64,000 bases of DNA from contig NIVC01001783.1 of NCBI GenBank assembly GCA_002269645.1, positions 1-64,000 on the forward strand, in the 5' to 3' direction. Below the pieces are notes generated by a model, which searched no databases, was not told where the DNA came from, and saw only the letters and a program-made list of their open reading frames with translations. Made by a program: the position numbers and the translations under genes. The DNA is from Macrostomum lignano (taxonomy: Eukaryota). Positions 40,044 to 51,774 of the stretch are shown here, one piece after another; within the stretch, counting starts at the first letter, position 1; each line of letters begins with the position of its first letter.

Positions 40044-41196
40044 GTCCGCGGTTTCTACCGCGGCTTCCGCATCGAGTGGTGCGCATGGAACTCCAGCGAG
40101 GCGGGCTGCGCAGCTGGTCTGAACCGGTCGCAGGACGTCATCTACCGGGAGGCGCCGGTTTCAGGCTCCTCTTCCGCTTCATCATCATCAGCAGCATCGT
40201 CTACATCGACCCTCTCGCTGCCGCTGCAGTTCAAGGAGCGGCTGTTCCGCCTTCCGGGAGACACGAGCATCCAAGCGTGGGTCCGCCTGCTCAACAAGCG
40301 CTACGCCGGCCCGCCCAGTGAGGCCATCGAGTTCCGCACTCTGGAGGGCACGCCAGGTCAAGTGAGCGAGTTTGTGCTCAGCCTGACAGGTGTTAATCAT
40401 TTGGAGTTCGGCTGGTCGCCGCCGCAGCAATGCAACGGCCGCTTGACTGGCTACCAGTTGGCCTACCAGGAGATCCGCGAACTGCTGCAGGCCGACATTG
40501 TCTACACGCCACCAATCAATGACCCGTCGCAACGTCGCGGTCTGATCGCTGGCCTGAAGCCGAACACCAACTATCGGGTGTACATCTACGCTCGAACAGC
40601 CAAAGGCAACGGTGAGCCAACGTTCCTGGACGTCAGGACGGCTCCGCCCAGCAGAGACTGGCGAGGCGGCGGACCGTTCACGGTAATCCCCGTCGGTGAC
40701 CGGGCGTTGAACGTCACCTACAACCCGGGCACCGGGTCGCGATCGATGTTCTATGTGCAGTACCGCGAGTTGCAGGATGCGAAGTCGCTGGAGCCAAAGC
40801 AGCACGAAGAGCAGCAGGAGCAGCAACAGCAACAGCAGCAGCAGCAGCAGCAGAAACAGCAGAAGCAACAGCAGCAGCAGCAGCCGGCCCCTCCGCCACC
40901 GCCAGCCTGGCTGGAGACCAAACGAGAGCTGCAGCGACGCTGGATTCTCATCGACAACTTGGCCAGGAACTCCTGGTACGAGGTGCGCGTCATCGCGTCC
41001 GAGGATGGCGCCGCGGCCGCCTCCTACACGGAGCCGGTGCGGGCGAGGACCGGGTCGAACCGGCGGCTTGGCGGCGGCCTGCTGGATGGCGCCGGTTCCA
41101 CCTGGCTGGTGTGCATGTCCCTCATCCTGCTGGTAGTGGCCGTGTTCCTCCTGTTCATGTGCTTCGTGCGGCGGCGGCGGGGACGGCCGGAGTACC
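40044..41196 (+). CDS. L1CAM: L1CAM/neuroglian-like protein, coding exon 3 (rest of FN3-3, FN3-4, FN3-5, TM helix, RRRR stop-transfer)
   Basis: Acceptor ccgctcag|GTC (phase 0), in frame with ORF 40362-41204. FN3 motif LKPNTNYRVYIYART; TM WLVCMSLILLVVAVFLLFMCFV; donor C|GTAAGT (phase 1). Confidence 0.9.
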
Positions 41197-41206
41197 GTAA
41201 GTGATG

Positions 41207-41207
41207 C

Positions 41208-41296
<89 letters not shown>

Positions 41297-41300
41297 CAGA
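41207..41300. repeat. (GACA)n microsatellite filling L1-like intron 3
   Basis: Direct reading of the sequence. Confidence 0.96.
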
Positions 41301-41329
41301 GCAGTCTAAGACTCCCTGTCCTCCGGCAG

Positions 41330-41527
41330 ACCGCGGCAAGCCGATATCGGCGGAGGACGAGGCTGCGGCGCAGAGGATGTGTGCCACCACCGACCAGCCG
41401 GTGCAGCTGTCGCCGGCCACCCCGCTTGGCCAGCAGACGGTGACTCAGACACGGCAGTGCCAGCTGCAGTTGCAGGGCTACAATTCTAACAACGGCATCC
41501 GTGATCAGAAAGCCTACGCTTTTGCTG
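41330..41527 (+). CDS. L1CAM: L1-like protein, coding exon 4 (cytoplasmic tail)
   Basis: Acceptor ccctgtcctccggcag; 198 nt open in phase 1 to phase 1; donor G|GTGAGT. Confidence 0.7.
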
Positions 41528-41602
41528 GTGAGTTTTCCGCAAGGTTAACAAGATGACGCAGGTGTGTGCTCTGATGGAGAGAGATTTTCCATTTAAAATA
41601 GC

Positions 41603-41971
41603 GACGCCAAACTAACGGTTGCCAAGGACGCTAAAGAACTGGCGCTTAGAGACGCCAAACTTACGGTTGCCAAGGCCGCTAACGAACTGATGCTTAGAGA
41701 CGCCAAACTTACGGTTGCTAATGACGCTAAAGAACTGGCGCTTAGAGACGCCAAACTAACGGTTGCCAAGGACGCTAAAGAACTGGCGCTTAGAGACGCC
41801 AAACTTACGGTTGCCAAGGACGCTAACGAACTGATGCTTAGAGACGCCAAACTTACGGTTGCTAATGACGCTAAAGAACTGGCGCTTAGAGACGCCAAAC
41901 TAACGGTTGCCAAGGACGCTAAAGAACTGGCGCTTAGAGACGCCAAACTAACGGTTGCTATTGGACGCTAA
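41603..41971. repeat. 48-bp minisatellite (7.6 units, ABC-ABC 144-bp higher-order pattern)
   Basis: Units read directly; variant types recur every third unit. Confidence 0.94.
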
Positions 41972-42449
41972 TGAGCCAATTCTTGGCGGGACAGAAGAGC
42001 CTCAGCGCGATAATCTGGGCAGGAAAAGTTCCTGCGGGAAAGTATCCCCAGACGGAGCATCCTGCTTTCCGTCTAGAAAACAATTTAGGCAATTAATTCC
42101 GCCGATCGCTAATGGATGAAGCGTGGCAGCTGAAAAGATCTAGAAGTCATCACTTGAGGGTATATTCACTGGGAAGAATTAAGTACCTCAGGCGATGGGT
42201 CGCGTAGATTAGGGTAGATTAGGCTTTCTGTCCATCTCTATTTGCACCTCTCTGTATGAATCAGTTAAAGACCGCGGGCAGCATGCATGCACTTCGCTTA
42301 CTTCCGTCTTTGCTGGACCCGTTAGAGATACAAATCACACTAATTATTGTGGTGGCGTGTGGGACTGGAAAGTGCGAAAGCTTTGTTGACGATAATTTTC
42401 GGCTATTCTCGCTGTTGCAGCTGCATATGGCAGTAGATAAAAAGAGGGT

Positions 42450-43700
42450 AAGGGTGAGACAGTAGATATGAGAGGATAAAGGTGAGACACTAGATAGGAA
42501 AGAGTAGGGGTTAGACAGTAGCTAGAGAGGTTAGAGGTGAGACAGTAGATAATGAAGGGTACAGTTGAGACAGTAGATAATGAAGGGTACAGTTGAGACA
42601 GTAGATAGAAACGGTAGGGTGAGACAGTAGACAGAGAGGGTAGGGTGAGACAGTAGATAGGAGAGAGTAGGGGTGATAAAGTAGACAGAGAGGGTAGGGT
42701 GAGACAGTAGATAGAAAGGTTAAAGTGAGACAGTAGATAGAAAGGGTAGAGGTGAGACAGTAGATAGAAAGGGTAGGGTGAGACAGTAGATAGAAAGGGT
42801 AGGGTGAGACAGTAGACAGAGAGAGTAGGGTGAGAAAGTTGATAGGAGAGAGTAGGGGTGAGACAGTAGACAGAGAGAGTATGGGTGAGACAGTAGATAG
42901 AAAGGTTAGGGTGAGGCAGTATAGATAGGAGAGAGTATGGGTGAGACAGTAGACAGAAAGGGTAGCGTGAGACAGTAGATAGAAAGGGTAGCGTGAGACA
43001 GTAGATAGAAAGGGTAGAGGTGAGACAGTCAGACAGAGAGGGTAGGGTGAGACAGTAGATAGGAGAGAGTAGGGGTGAGACAGTAGACAGAGAGGGTAGG
43101 GTGAGACAGTAGATAGAAAGGTTAGGGTGAGACAGTAGATAGAAAGTTTAGGGTGAGACAGTAGATAGAAAGTTTAGGGTGAGACAGTAGATAGAAAGGG
43201 TAGGGGTGAGACAGTAGACAGAGAGAGTAGGGTGAGAAAGTTGATAGGAGAGAGTAGGGGTGAGACAGTAGACAGAGAGAGTATGGGTGAGACAGTAGAT
43301 AGAAAGGTTAGGGTGAGACAGTAGATAGAAAGGTTAGGGTGAGGCAGTATAGATAGGAGAGAGTATGGGTGAGACAGTAGACAGAAAGGGTAGCGTGAGA
43401 CAGTAGATAGAAAGGGTAGAGGTGAGACAGTCAGACAGAGAGGGTAGGGTGAGACAGTAGATAGGAGAGAGTAGGGGTGATAAAGTAGACAGAGAGGGTA
43501 GGGTGAGACAGTAGATAGAAAGGGTAGAGGTGAGACAGTAGATAGAAAGGGTAGAGGTGAGACAGTAGATAGAAAGGGTAGGGTGAGACAGTAGATACAG
43601 AAGGATTAGGTGAGAAAGTAGATGAAGAGGGTAGGGGTGAGAGACAGAGAGGATAGGGGTGAGACAGTAGATAAGAGAGAGTAGGGGTGAGACAGTAGAT
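42450..43700. repeat. Degenerate 24-26-bp purine-rich minisatellite (GGGTGAGACAGTAGATAGAAAGGGTA)
   Basis: gtgagacagtag recurs throughout. Confidence 0.92.
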
Positions 43701-43909
43701 AGGGAAGCGATATACTTGTAAATGCAATTCAGTTAAACAGCTTGTGCGCTGAGTCAGTCAAGCCAGGAAGGAGCCGGTTAGACAGGGGGACACAAGGAGA
43801 AGCTGATAAAATCACAAGTTAGGGATAGCTTATTTTTACAGGCACAAGCACAACTAATACATGCAATATACAGCTTTCTACAAGACATCGTAAATGCCGG
43901 CCGTTTCAG

Positions 43910-44175
43910 ACTGCACTCACAGCTTGACCCGCGATAACTGCATGGACTTGGCGTCATCAGCAACTACTGGCAAGGATCGTCTGTGCGGCGGCGGCTACTC
44001 GACAATCCGCGGTCCAATGATCCCAATCAGTGAACTGCCCGGCTGCGTACCCGCAAGGGGCGGCTATCAGTACAATCATCACCATGGCAACCACGTGGGC
44101 TCTATGCCATACAGAGAGCCGGCTTCAGTGCACACGCTAACTACTAATGCAGCCAATGCTACTACAATGATTTGA
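43910..44175 (+). CDS. L1CAM: L1-like protein, probable last coding exon, ending ...NAANATTMI*
   Basis: Acceptor ccgtttcag|AC in phase 1, compatible with exon 4. It is a GC-rich, coding-like island and ends in a class I PDZ-type T-x-I motif. Confidence 0.6.
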
Positions 44176-44224
44176 TCAATCTGCGTGGCTGTGTAATACA
44201 ACGGCCATTCTTGGAACAAATCTA

Positions 44225-44425
44225 AAACGGCCCTTGTAAGGATGGTACAAAATCGGCCCTTTTAAGGAGGATACCAGAAGTCTTTTAAGGATGATAAAAA
44301 ACGGTCATTCTAAGAACGAAAACGAAACGGTCCTTGATGACGACTATAACAAAACGGCCCTTCTAAGGACGATAACAAAACGACCCTTCTAAGGACGATA
44401 ACAAAACGGCCCTTTTAGGACGATG
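44225..44425. repeat. Degenerate ~28-bp repeat (AAAACGGCCCTTCTAAGGACGATAACAA) in the presumed 3' UTR
   Basis: About 7 diverged copies. Confidence 0.75.
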
Positions 44426-44879
44426 ACCCAAACAACCATTTTAGGTGAGGGGGGGGGGGAAAGAAGAAAGTAATATAATGGTCTTGAAAAGAGAATTCTT
44501 TGTTGGATATCATAGAAACAGAATTACCAAGTCATTCCATAAAATTCATATACACCACACTGTATTTCTGATTATTTGTCAATGCATCCAGTAAAAAAAT
44601 ACTCATTGAAAGTTCAGTCATACTACTCACAGGCCCCTCGCCCCCCCCCCCCGAGTCAATGCGAGTATTGTGCAGTGCAAACTAACTTAATTGTAACTTT
44701 GTAATTGTTTGTCAATGCGTTTTGTTGTTAGCTTCGCGTACTATACTTGTAAATTGTTGTAACATAATACACCCGTGCATTGACCGTTTTGAACTGCATC
44801 GAAGTTGTCTTTTATTATCCGCTAGTCCTGTTCCAATATCACAGTTTAGAGCATGAAAAAGACAACCCCTTATTTGTAA

Positions 44880-45150
44880 CTTAATAATAATAATAATTGA
44901 TTGCACCTGCCCTTAATTGGGTCAGATGTGCAACCGACAGCTCAGCCGCAGCCATTGCGCGGCGCATCTGAAGGCTGCGTACGGCTGTTCAGTCCAAGGA
45001 CTGGGGGGTCGCCACACACCCTTAATCAACCCCAGCTAATGCTGGCATCCATTTTACAGCTGGGTGAACTGAAGCAATGCAGAGTTAAGTGTCTTGCTCA
45101 AGGACACAAATTATTTCCAGTGGGTCGAACCCCCGACCTTTCTACCTTGA
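44880..45150 (-). mobile_element. 5'-truncated tRNA-derived SINE with a CORE-like central domain
   Basis: On the minus strand a B-box-like GGTTCGACCC is followed by TTGTGTCCTTGAGCAAGACACTTAACTC...CAGCTGTAAAATGG, which resembles the MIR/CORE domain, then an (ATT)n tail. No A box is seen. Confidence 0.6.
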
Positions 45151-45764
45151 AATAAATAAACAATAGAAATAAAACAATTGTTTTAATTGACCAAGCAAGA
45201 GTTTATAATAGTTTTTTTGCCATTTTACTAATATAATTAAACCAAACAAGTGACAAATACAAACTACATTGAATTTTATAATTGCCAAAAGCAAACATCG
45301 CACACACACAGCAGGAGTGGAAAGCGGGCGGGTTGTGCGGGACAGAGTCAAATGCCAGTAGTATATTACTTATAAGTAGCATAGCTGGATCATTCAATCC
45401 TGCTATGTTTCGACGGATTTTAAACATAACCAACAGTATACGGAAACTGCTGTACAGTTTTTAATCTGGGAGTGGGCTTTGCAACAAAAAAGCACAAAGA
45501 AAACGGTACATACTACTTACTATAAACGTTAATGCATCAAACAGATATGCGTTAACATCATATACACTTAAATACGATGTATACATAACAATGTGTATTA
45601 TACTGCAACAATGCCGCTATAATGCAATTTACACATCAAATCAATTTTTAATATGCTGCTTATAGTAGTATTCATGCCACAATGGAGTAGCACTGATAAG
45701 CCACATCTAATCATTAGTTTATCACATATCGAATTACTATCTACGAGTACCCCATATTTAATCA

Positions 45765-46155
45765 GTATCTATCATATATCTAATCATTATCTATCCGATA
45801 TATCTAATCATTAACTATCTCATATGTCTAGTCATTATCTATCCCATATATCTAATTATTATTTATCCCATATATCTAATTATTATCTATCCCATATATC
45901 TAATCATTATCTATCCGATATATCTAATCATTAACTATCTCATATGTCTAGTCATTATCTATCCCATATATCTAATTATTATCTATCCCATATATCTAAT
46001 TATTATCTATCCCATATATCTAATCATTATCTATCCCATATATCTAATCATTATCTATCCCATATATCTAATCATTATCTATCCCATATATCTAATCATT
46101 ATCTATCCCATATATGTAATTATTATCTATCATATATATCTAATCATTATCGATC
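45765..46155. repeat. 24-bp minisatellite (CTAATCATTATCTATCCCATATAT)
   Basis: The 24-bp period matches the 8-aa repeat ORF. Confidence 0.93.
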
Positions 46156-46799
46156 CCCAAATCTACTTACTATGAATCTTGTATCTCATAATTAATACAC
46201 CACCTCCTATGATACACAAGATGGCAAGTTATTTACAAAAAATGTAACTTTCTCACTACAGTGAACAAGTACCAGTTAATATAAAAAATTTCTACCTTAA
46301 TTTTTGGAAAAATGGGATTTTAGGTTGACTAACACAGGGCTGCAGGCACGCAAGTATATGGAATATAATTGAAAAAAAACGAAATTAAGCCGGAGAAAGG
46401 AATAACAGAGTTGAAACAAATAATAAAACAATTTAAGTGACTGCAATTAGTGAGTCAATAAAAATGGCTAGCTAGATAGGAACAGGGAACATAATGAAGA
46501 AAATAAAATAAATTTGTTTTCCCAAACAACTTTCAAAGTTTACTAAACGCAAAGATTATTAAGAAACAACGCGCAAAAATAAATCTGCACATTTCAAACT
46601 TAAAGACTACTCACAAGTAGAAACGAAGGAAAACACATTCTACACAATCAGTAGCAGTTAGGCAAATGTTTTAAAAAATGATTGATAATAAACAATGAAA
46701 TTAATAACTTATTCAGTAGGAAGAGGCACGAATTAAAAACTCAAATGTCGAATGTCGGATAAGTCCTATTGATCCCCTGGTTAAAAGTTAATTTCATAA

Positions 46800-49367
46800 C
46801 CTATCAATATGCCATTTCCTAAATCTATCAATATGCCATTTCCCAATCTATCAATATGTCATTTTCAAAATCTATCAATATGCCATTTCCCAATCTATCA
46901 ATATGCCATTTCTCAAATCTATCAATATGCCATTTCCTAATCTATCAATATGCCATTTCCCAATCTATCAATATGCCATTTCCCAAATCTATCAATATGC
47001 CATTTCCTAAATCTATCAATATGCCATTTCCCAATCTATCAATATGTCATTTTCAAAATCTATCAATATGCCATTTCCCAATCTATCAATATGTCATTTC
47101 TCAAATCTATCAATATGCCATTTCCTAATCTATCAATATGCCATTTCCCAAATCTATCAATATGCCATTTCCTAATCTATCAAAATGCCATTTCCCAATC
47201 TATCAATATGCCATTTCCTAATCTATCAATATGCCATTTCCCAATCTATCAATATGCCATTTCCCAAATCTATCAATATGCCATTTCCTAATCTATCAAA
47301 ATGCCATTTCCCAATCTATCAATATGCCATTTCCTAATCTATCAATATGTCATTTCCCAATCTATCAATATGCCATTTCCCAAATCTATCAATATGCCAT
47401 TTCCTAAATCTATCAATATGCCATTTCCCAATCTATCAATATGTCATTTTCAAAATCTATCAATATGCCATTTCCCAATCTATCAATATGTCATTTCTCA
47501 AATCTACCAATATGCCATTTCCTAATCTATCAATATGCCATTTCCCAAATCTATCAATATGCCATTTCCTAATCTATCAAAATGCCATTTCCCAATCTAT
47601 CAATATGCCATTTCCTAATCTATCAAAATGCCATTTCCCAAATCTATCAAAATGCCATTTCCCAAATCTATCAATATGCCATTTCCTAATCTATCAATAT
47701 GCCATTTCCCAATCTATCAATATGCCATTTCCTAATCTATCAATATGCCATTTCCCAAATCTATCAATATGCCATTTCCTAATCTATCAAAATGCCATTT
47801 CCCAATCTATCAATATGCCATTTCCTAATCTATCAAAATGCCATTTCCCAAATCTATCAAAATGCCATTTCCCAATCTATCAATATGCCATTTCCTAATC
47901 TATCAATATGCCATTTCCCAATCTATCAATATGCCATTTCCCAAATCTATCAATATGTCATTTCTCAAATCTATCAATATGCCATTTCCCAAATCTATCA
48001 ATATGCCATTTCCTAAATCTATCAATATGTCATTTTCAAAATCTATCAATATGCCATTTCCAAAATCTATCAATATGCCATTTCCCAATCTATCAATATG
48101 CCATTTCCTAATCTATCAATATGCCATTTCCCAATCTATCAATATGCTATTTCCCAATCTATCAATATGCCATTTCCTAATCTATCAATATGCCATTTCC
48201 CAATCTATCAATATGCTATTTCCCAATCTATCAATATGCCATTTCCCAAATCTATCAATATGCCATTTCCCAATCTATCAATACCCTGGTATGTCATTTT
48301 CAAAATCTATCAATATGCCATTTCCCAATCTATCAATATGCCATTTCCCAAATCTATCAATATCCATTTCCCAATCTATCAATACCCTGGTATGTCATTT
48401 TCAAAATCTATCAATATGTCATTTCCCAATCTATCAATATGTCATTTCCCAAATCTATCAATATGCCATTTCCAAAATCTATCAATATGTCATTTCTCAA
48501 ATCTATCAATATGCCATTTCCCAAATCTATCAATATGCCATTTCCCAAATCTATCAATATGCCATTTCCCAATCTATCAATATGCCATTTCTTAATCTAT
48601 TAATACGTCATTTCTCAAATCTATCAATATGCCATTTCTTAATCTATTAATACGTCATTTCTCAAATCTATCAATATGCCATTTCCCACATCTATCAATA
48701 TGCCATTTCCCAAATCTATTAATATGTCATTTCCCAATCTATCAATACCCTGGTATGTCATTTTCAAAATCTATCAATATGCCATTTCCCAATCTATCAA
48801 TATGCCATTTCCCAAATCTATCAATATCCATTTCCCAATCTATCAATACCCTGGTATGTCATTTTCAAAATCTATCAATATGTCATTTCCCAATCTATCA
48901 ATATGTCATTTCCCAAATCTATCAATATGCCATTTCCAAAATCTATCAATATGTCATTTCTCAAATCTATCAATATGCCATTTCCCAAATCTATCAATAT
49001 GCCATTTCCCAAATCTATCAATATGCCATTTCCCAATCTATCAATATGCCATTTCTTAATCTATTAATACGTCATTTCTCAAATCTATCAATATGCCATT
49101 TCCCACATCTATCAATATGTCATTTCCCAATCTATCAATATGTCATTTCCCAAATCTATCAATATGCCATTTCCAAAATCTATCAATATGTCATTTCTCA
49201 AATCTATCAATATGCCATTTCCCAAATCTATCAATATGCCATTTCCCAAATCTATCAATATGCCATTTCCCAATCTATCAATATGCCATTTCTTAATCTA
49301 TTAATACGTCATTTCTCAAATCTATCAATATGCCATTTCCCACATCTATCAATATGCCATTTTCCTA
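46800..49367. repeat. 23/24-bp satellite (CTATCAATATGCCATTTCCCAAT), ~2.6 kb, lying between the 3' ends of the two genes
   Basis: Direct reading of the sequence. Confidence 0.97.
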
Positions 49368-49561
49368 CCTATTACAACAGACACCAATAGAGCACAGCAA
49401 GACAGAGAATATTAAATAATAATGTTAATTAATTAACAAACAGAAATTTACATTGAAGCACACAGTACAAGCACACAAGGGTTAGTGATCGAGGCGCTAC
49501 AGAGTGTCTGTAATGTTAAATTACTATAGATAACAGGTAATGCAATACTAGCATACGAACG

Positions 49562-49834
49562 CTACACGTCGCCCCCCTGATACAGGGCGGTGGCTGACGG
49601 GTACTCGCTGGCTACAGCCGCGGCAGCGGCGGCGGCAGCGGCAGCAACAGCAGAATTGTCGCCATAGTAACCAGGCGGCTGCTGCTGCTGCTGAGCCATG
49701 CCGTCCTCCATCTGTTTAATCAGCTCGACGCAGCTGTCGTCCAGCCAGCGTTTCAATTCGGCGTAGGTTACCAGCATGATGTTCTGGGAGTCGCGCGACA
49801 CCAGGCACACTCGCTGCTGCGACCCCATGTCCAG
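49562..49834 (-). CDS. PAN3: PAN3, last coding exon (C-terminal knob domain plus poly-Q/poly-A tail)
   Basis: LDMGSQQRVCLVSRDSQNIMLVTYAELKRWL aligns with the PAN3 LDAG...ISLISRDEKSVLVVTYSDLKR segment. Acceptor accccaacccag (phase 0); TAG stop at 49562-49564. Confidence 0.9.
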   Translation of the reverse strand: MDMGSQQRVCLVSRDSQNIMLVTYAELKRWLDDSCVELIKQMEDGMAQQQQQPPGYYGDNSAVAAAAAAAAAAVASEYPSATALYQGGDV

Positions 49835-50380
49835 CTGGGTTGGGGTGAGCGAATAAACAATTGGTCAATAATAATCCAACTAAACTGCCGCTGATTAGGT
49901 AGGAAACCACCTTTTCTAAGAAACATACACTGCAATTTCTAGGAAACAAAATCTGACCTTTCTCTGAAACGGAATACTGCTTTATTTGAAGCCACTTTCT
50001 AAGAAACAGAACCCACCGTTTCTAGGAAACAGAAAGTACCATTTCTGCGAAAAATAAAGTGCAATTTAAAAAATAGAAACTGTTATATCTATGAAACAAA
50101 TACTACCAATTCTAGGAAAATAGAGACAGCCATTTCTAAGAAACAGAGCCCACAGATTAATAAAATAAATAGATGGGCCACTCAGGCATATATACTTAGT
50201 AAAACAGCTTTCGACTTCAGTTCAGTAGCAAAGAAGAATACATAAGCTATTTCATAAGAATAAAGCCAGCTGAAATGACTTTGATAAGTTTAGAAGCCCA
50301 AGTTTGCAGGCGTAAACAGCTTGCTAATTGGTTCAGCAATAATGTACATTATCCAGTCCACTGAAATGTACATGGCAGCT

Positions 50381-51774
50381 ATAATAGTAATAGAAGGCCG
50401 CCCGTCAGCGGCTGTACCAGCTTCAGGGCAGCATTTGCCGTGCCATCACAGGTGCGTACCCGTCCACCCCTTACGAGGGGCTGAACACTATCCTTAACCT
50501 ACCTCCGCTTCACCTATTTATTAGGGCGGAGGCTATGAAGTCTGCCTCCCGGCTTATCAGAGATAAAACGTTAAATAACGCGCCCTCTGGCTTTATGCCA
50601 ATGAAAACATTAATCCCGCATATGGACTTTGTCCGCCGCGACCTTAACAACATCCACATGGACCTGGGCAATGTGGATAGTCGACCTCCCGCCCTCAACA
50701 TCAGGAGGGGCTTCAAGACCGCCATCCCTGGCCGAGACAACATTCCGCTGGATGTCGGTGTGAACCGGCGCAGCCAGGGCATTCACTGCTTCACCGACGG
50801 CTCGCTGTTCAACGGCCGCGCTGGAGCGGGTATTGCCATTTTCCACGAGGGTAAGATGCTTCTCCAGGAAAGTCTGCACCTCGGTGAGAACACCTCAGTT
50901 TTCCAAGCTGAAATTTGCGCCATTGAGCAGTGTGCCCAGCAACTGTTTCAGGCGAACATTAATAATTTTGACATTAATTTCTACACTGATAGCCAAGCTG
51001 CTATTAAGGCCTTAACCACTGAGAATATCTCCGCTGCTACAGTATCTCAATGCCACCGCAGTGTGCAATCTCTCTCAGTCCTTAACAGGATTAGAATTAT
51101 CTGGACACCTGGTCACAGCAACATCCTGGGCAACGAGCTCGCGGACTCTCTCGCCAAGGAGGGCAGCAACCCAGACGGCAACCACCGTCTGATGAGGCTA
51201 CCCACCCCCAGGTCGCAAGTCACCCGCCATATCAACAGGTGGCTCCATCAGCAGCACCAGCTCCACTGGAACAGCTGCACCGAGTACAGGCAGAGCCGCT
51301 CTGCCATGCCTAACCTGAACAGGAAAGTCTCTGATTATCTGATTTCGCTTAACAAAACCGACCTCAGGGAGATGTGCATGGTCCTAACCGGCCACGGATT
51401 CTTCCAGAGACATATATCGTTGCAAACCGGTTGCCCTCCCACCTGTCCCTTCTGTGGCATAGGAGAGGAGACCGCGGAGCATCACGTCACCTTCTGCCCT
51501 TACTTCAACAAGGCGCGGCACAAATACCTCGGCCACCCCCAGCGGATGGACGAGCTGACCACCGCGGACAATATCCGAGACCTCCGCGCCTTCGTCCGGG
51601 ACTCCGGCCGGATGAGGGTCGCCGATGCCTCCACTGCGGACCTGCCGACTACTGGCGGGGACTGGGCGCACCCCCAAGGCTAATCCTTGTGCTCTTTTAC
51701 CTTGGGGTTGCGATAGGGGCCTCGCGGCCTATTCGCGGCGCCTGCGCCCCCCGTCAGTAGTAAGTAAGTAGTAA
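50381..51774 (+). mobile_element. 5'-truncated non-LTR retrotransposon (I/R1 group, LOA-like): RT thumb end, RNase H, CCHC-like knuckle and 3' tail
   Basis: The frame is open over 50394-51683. It has ITGAYPSTP...LNLPPLHL (post-RT thumb); [20 protein letters not shown] and [15 protein letters not shown] (RNase H); and LTGHG...[16 protein letters not shown] (TAG/TAAG)n tail follows, and the 13-bp TSD GTACATGGCAGCT is at 50368-50380 and 51775-51787. Confidence 0.93.

Noticed and set aside
36600-41420. Overlapping and antisense ORFs across the L1-like exons (for example 37220-38050 and 40188-41420 on the minus strand)
   Set aside because: They are shadow ORFs of GC-rich coding sequence with no recognisable domains.
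45375-45420. Second hammerhead candidate (minus strand GUCGAAAC-AUAGC…GCUAUG hairpin)
   Set aside because: There is no upstream CUGANGA box, and the stem is followed by GCU rather than the required GUH.
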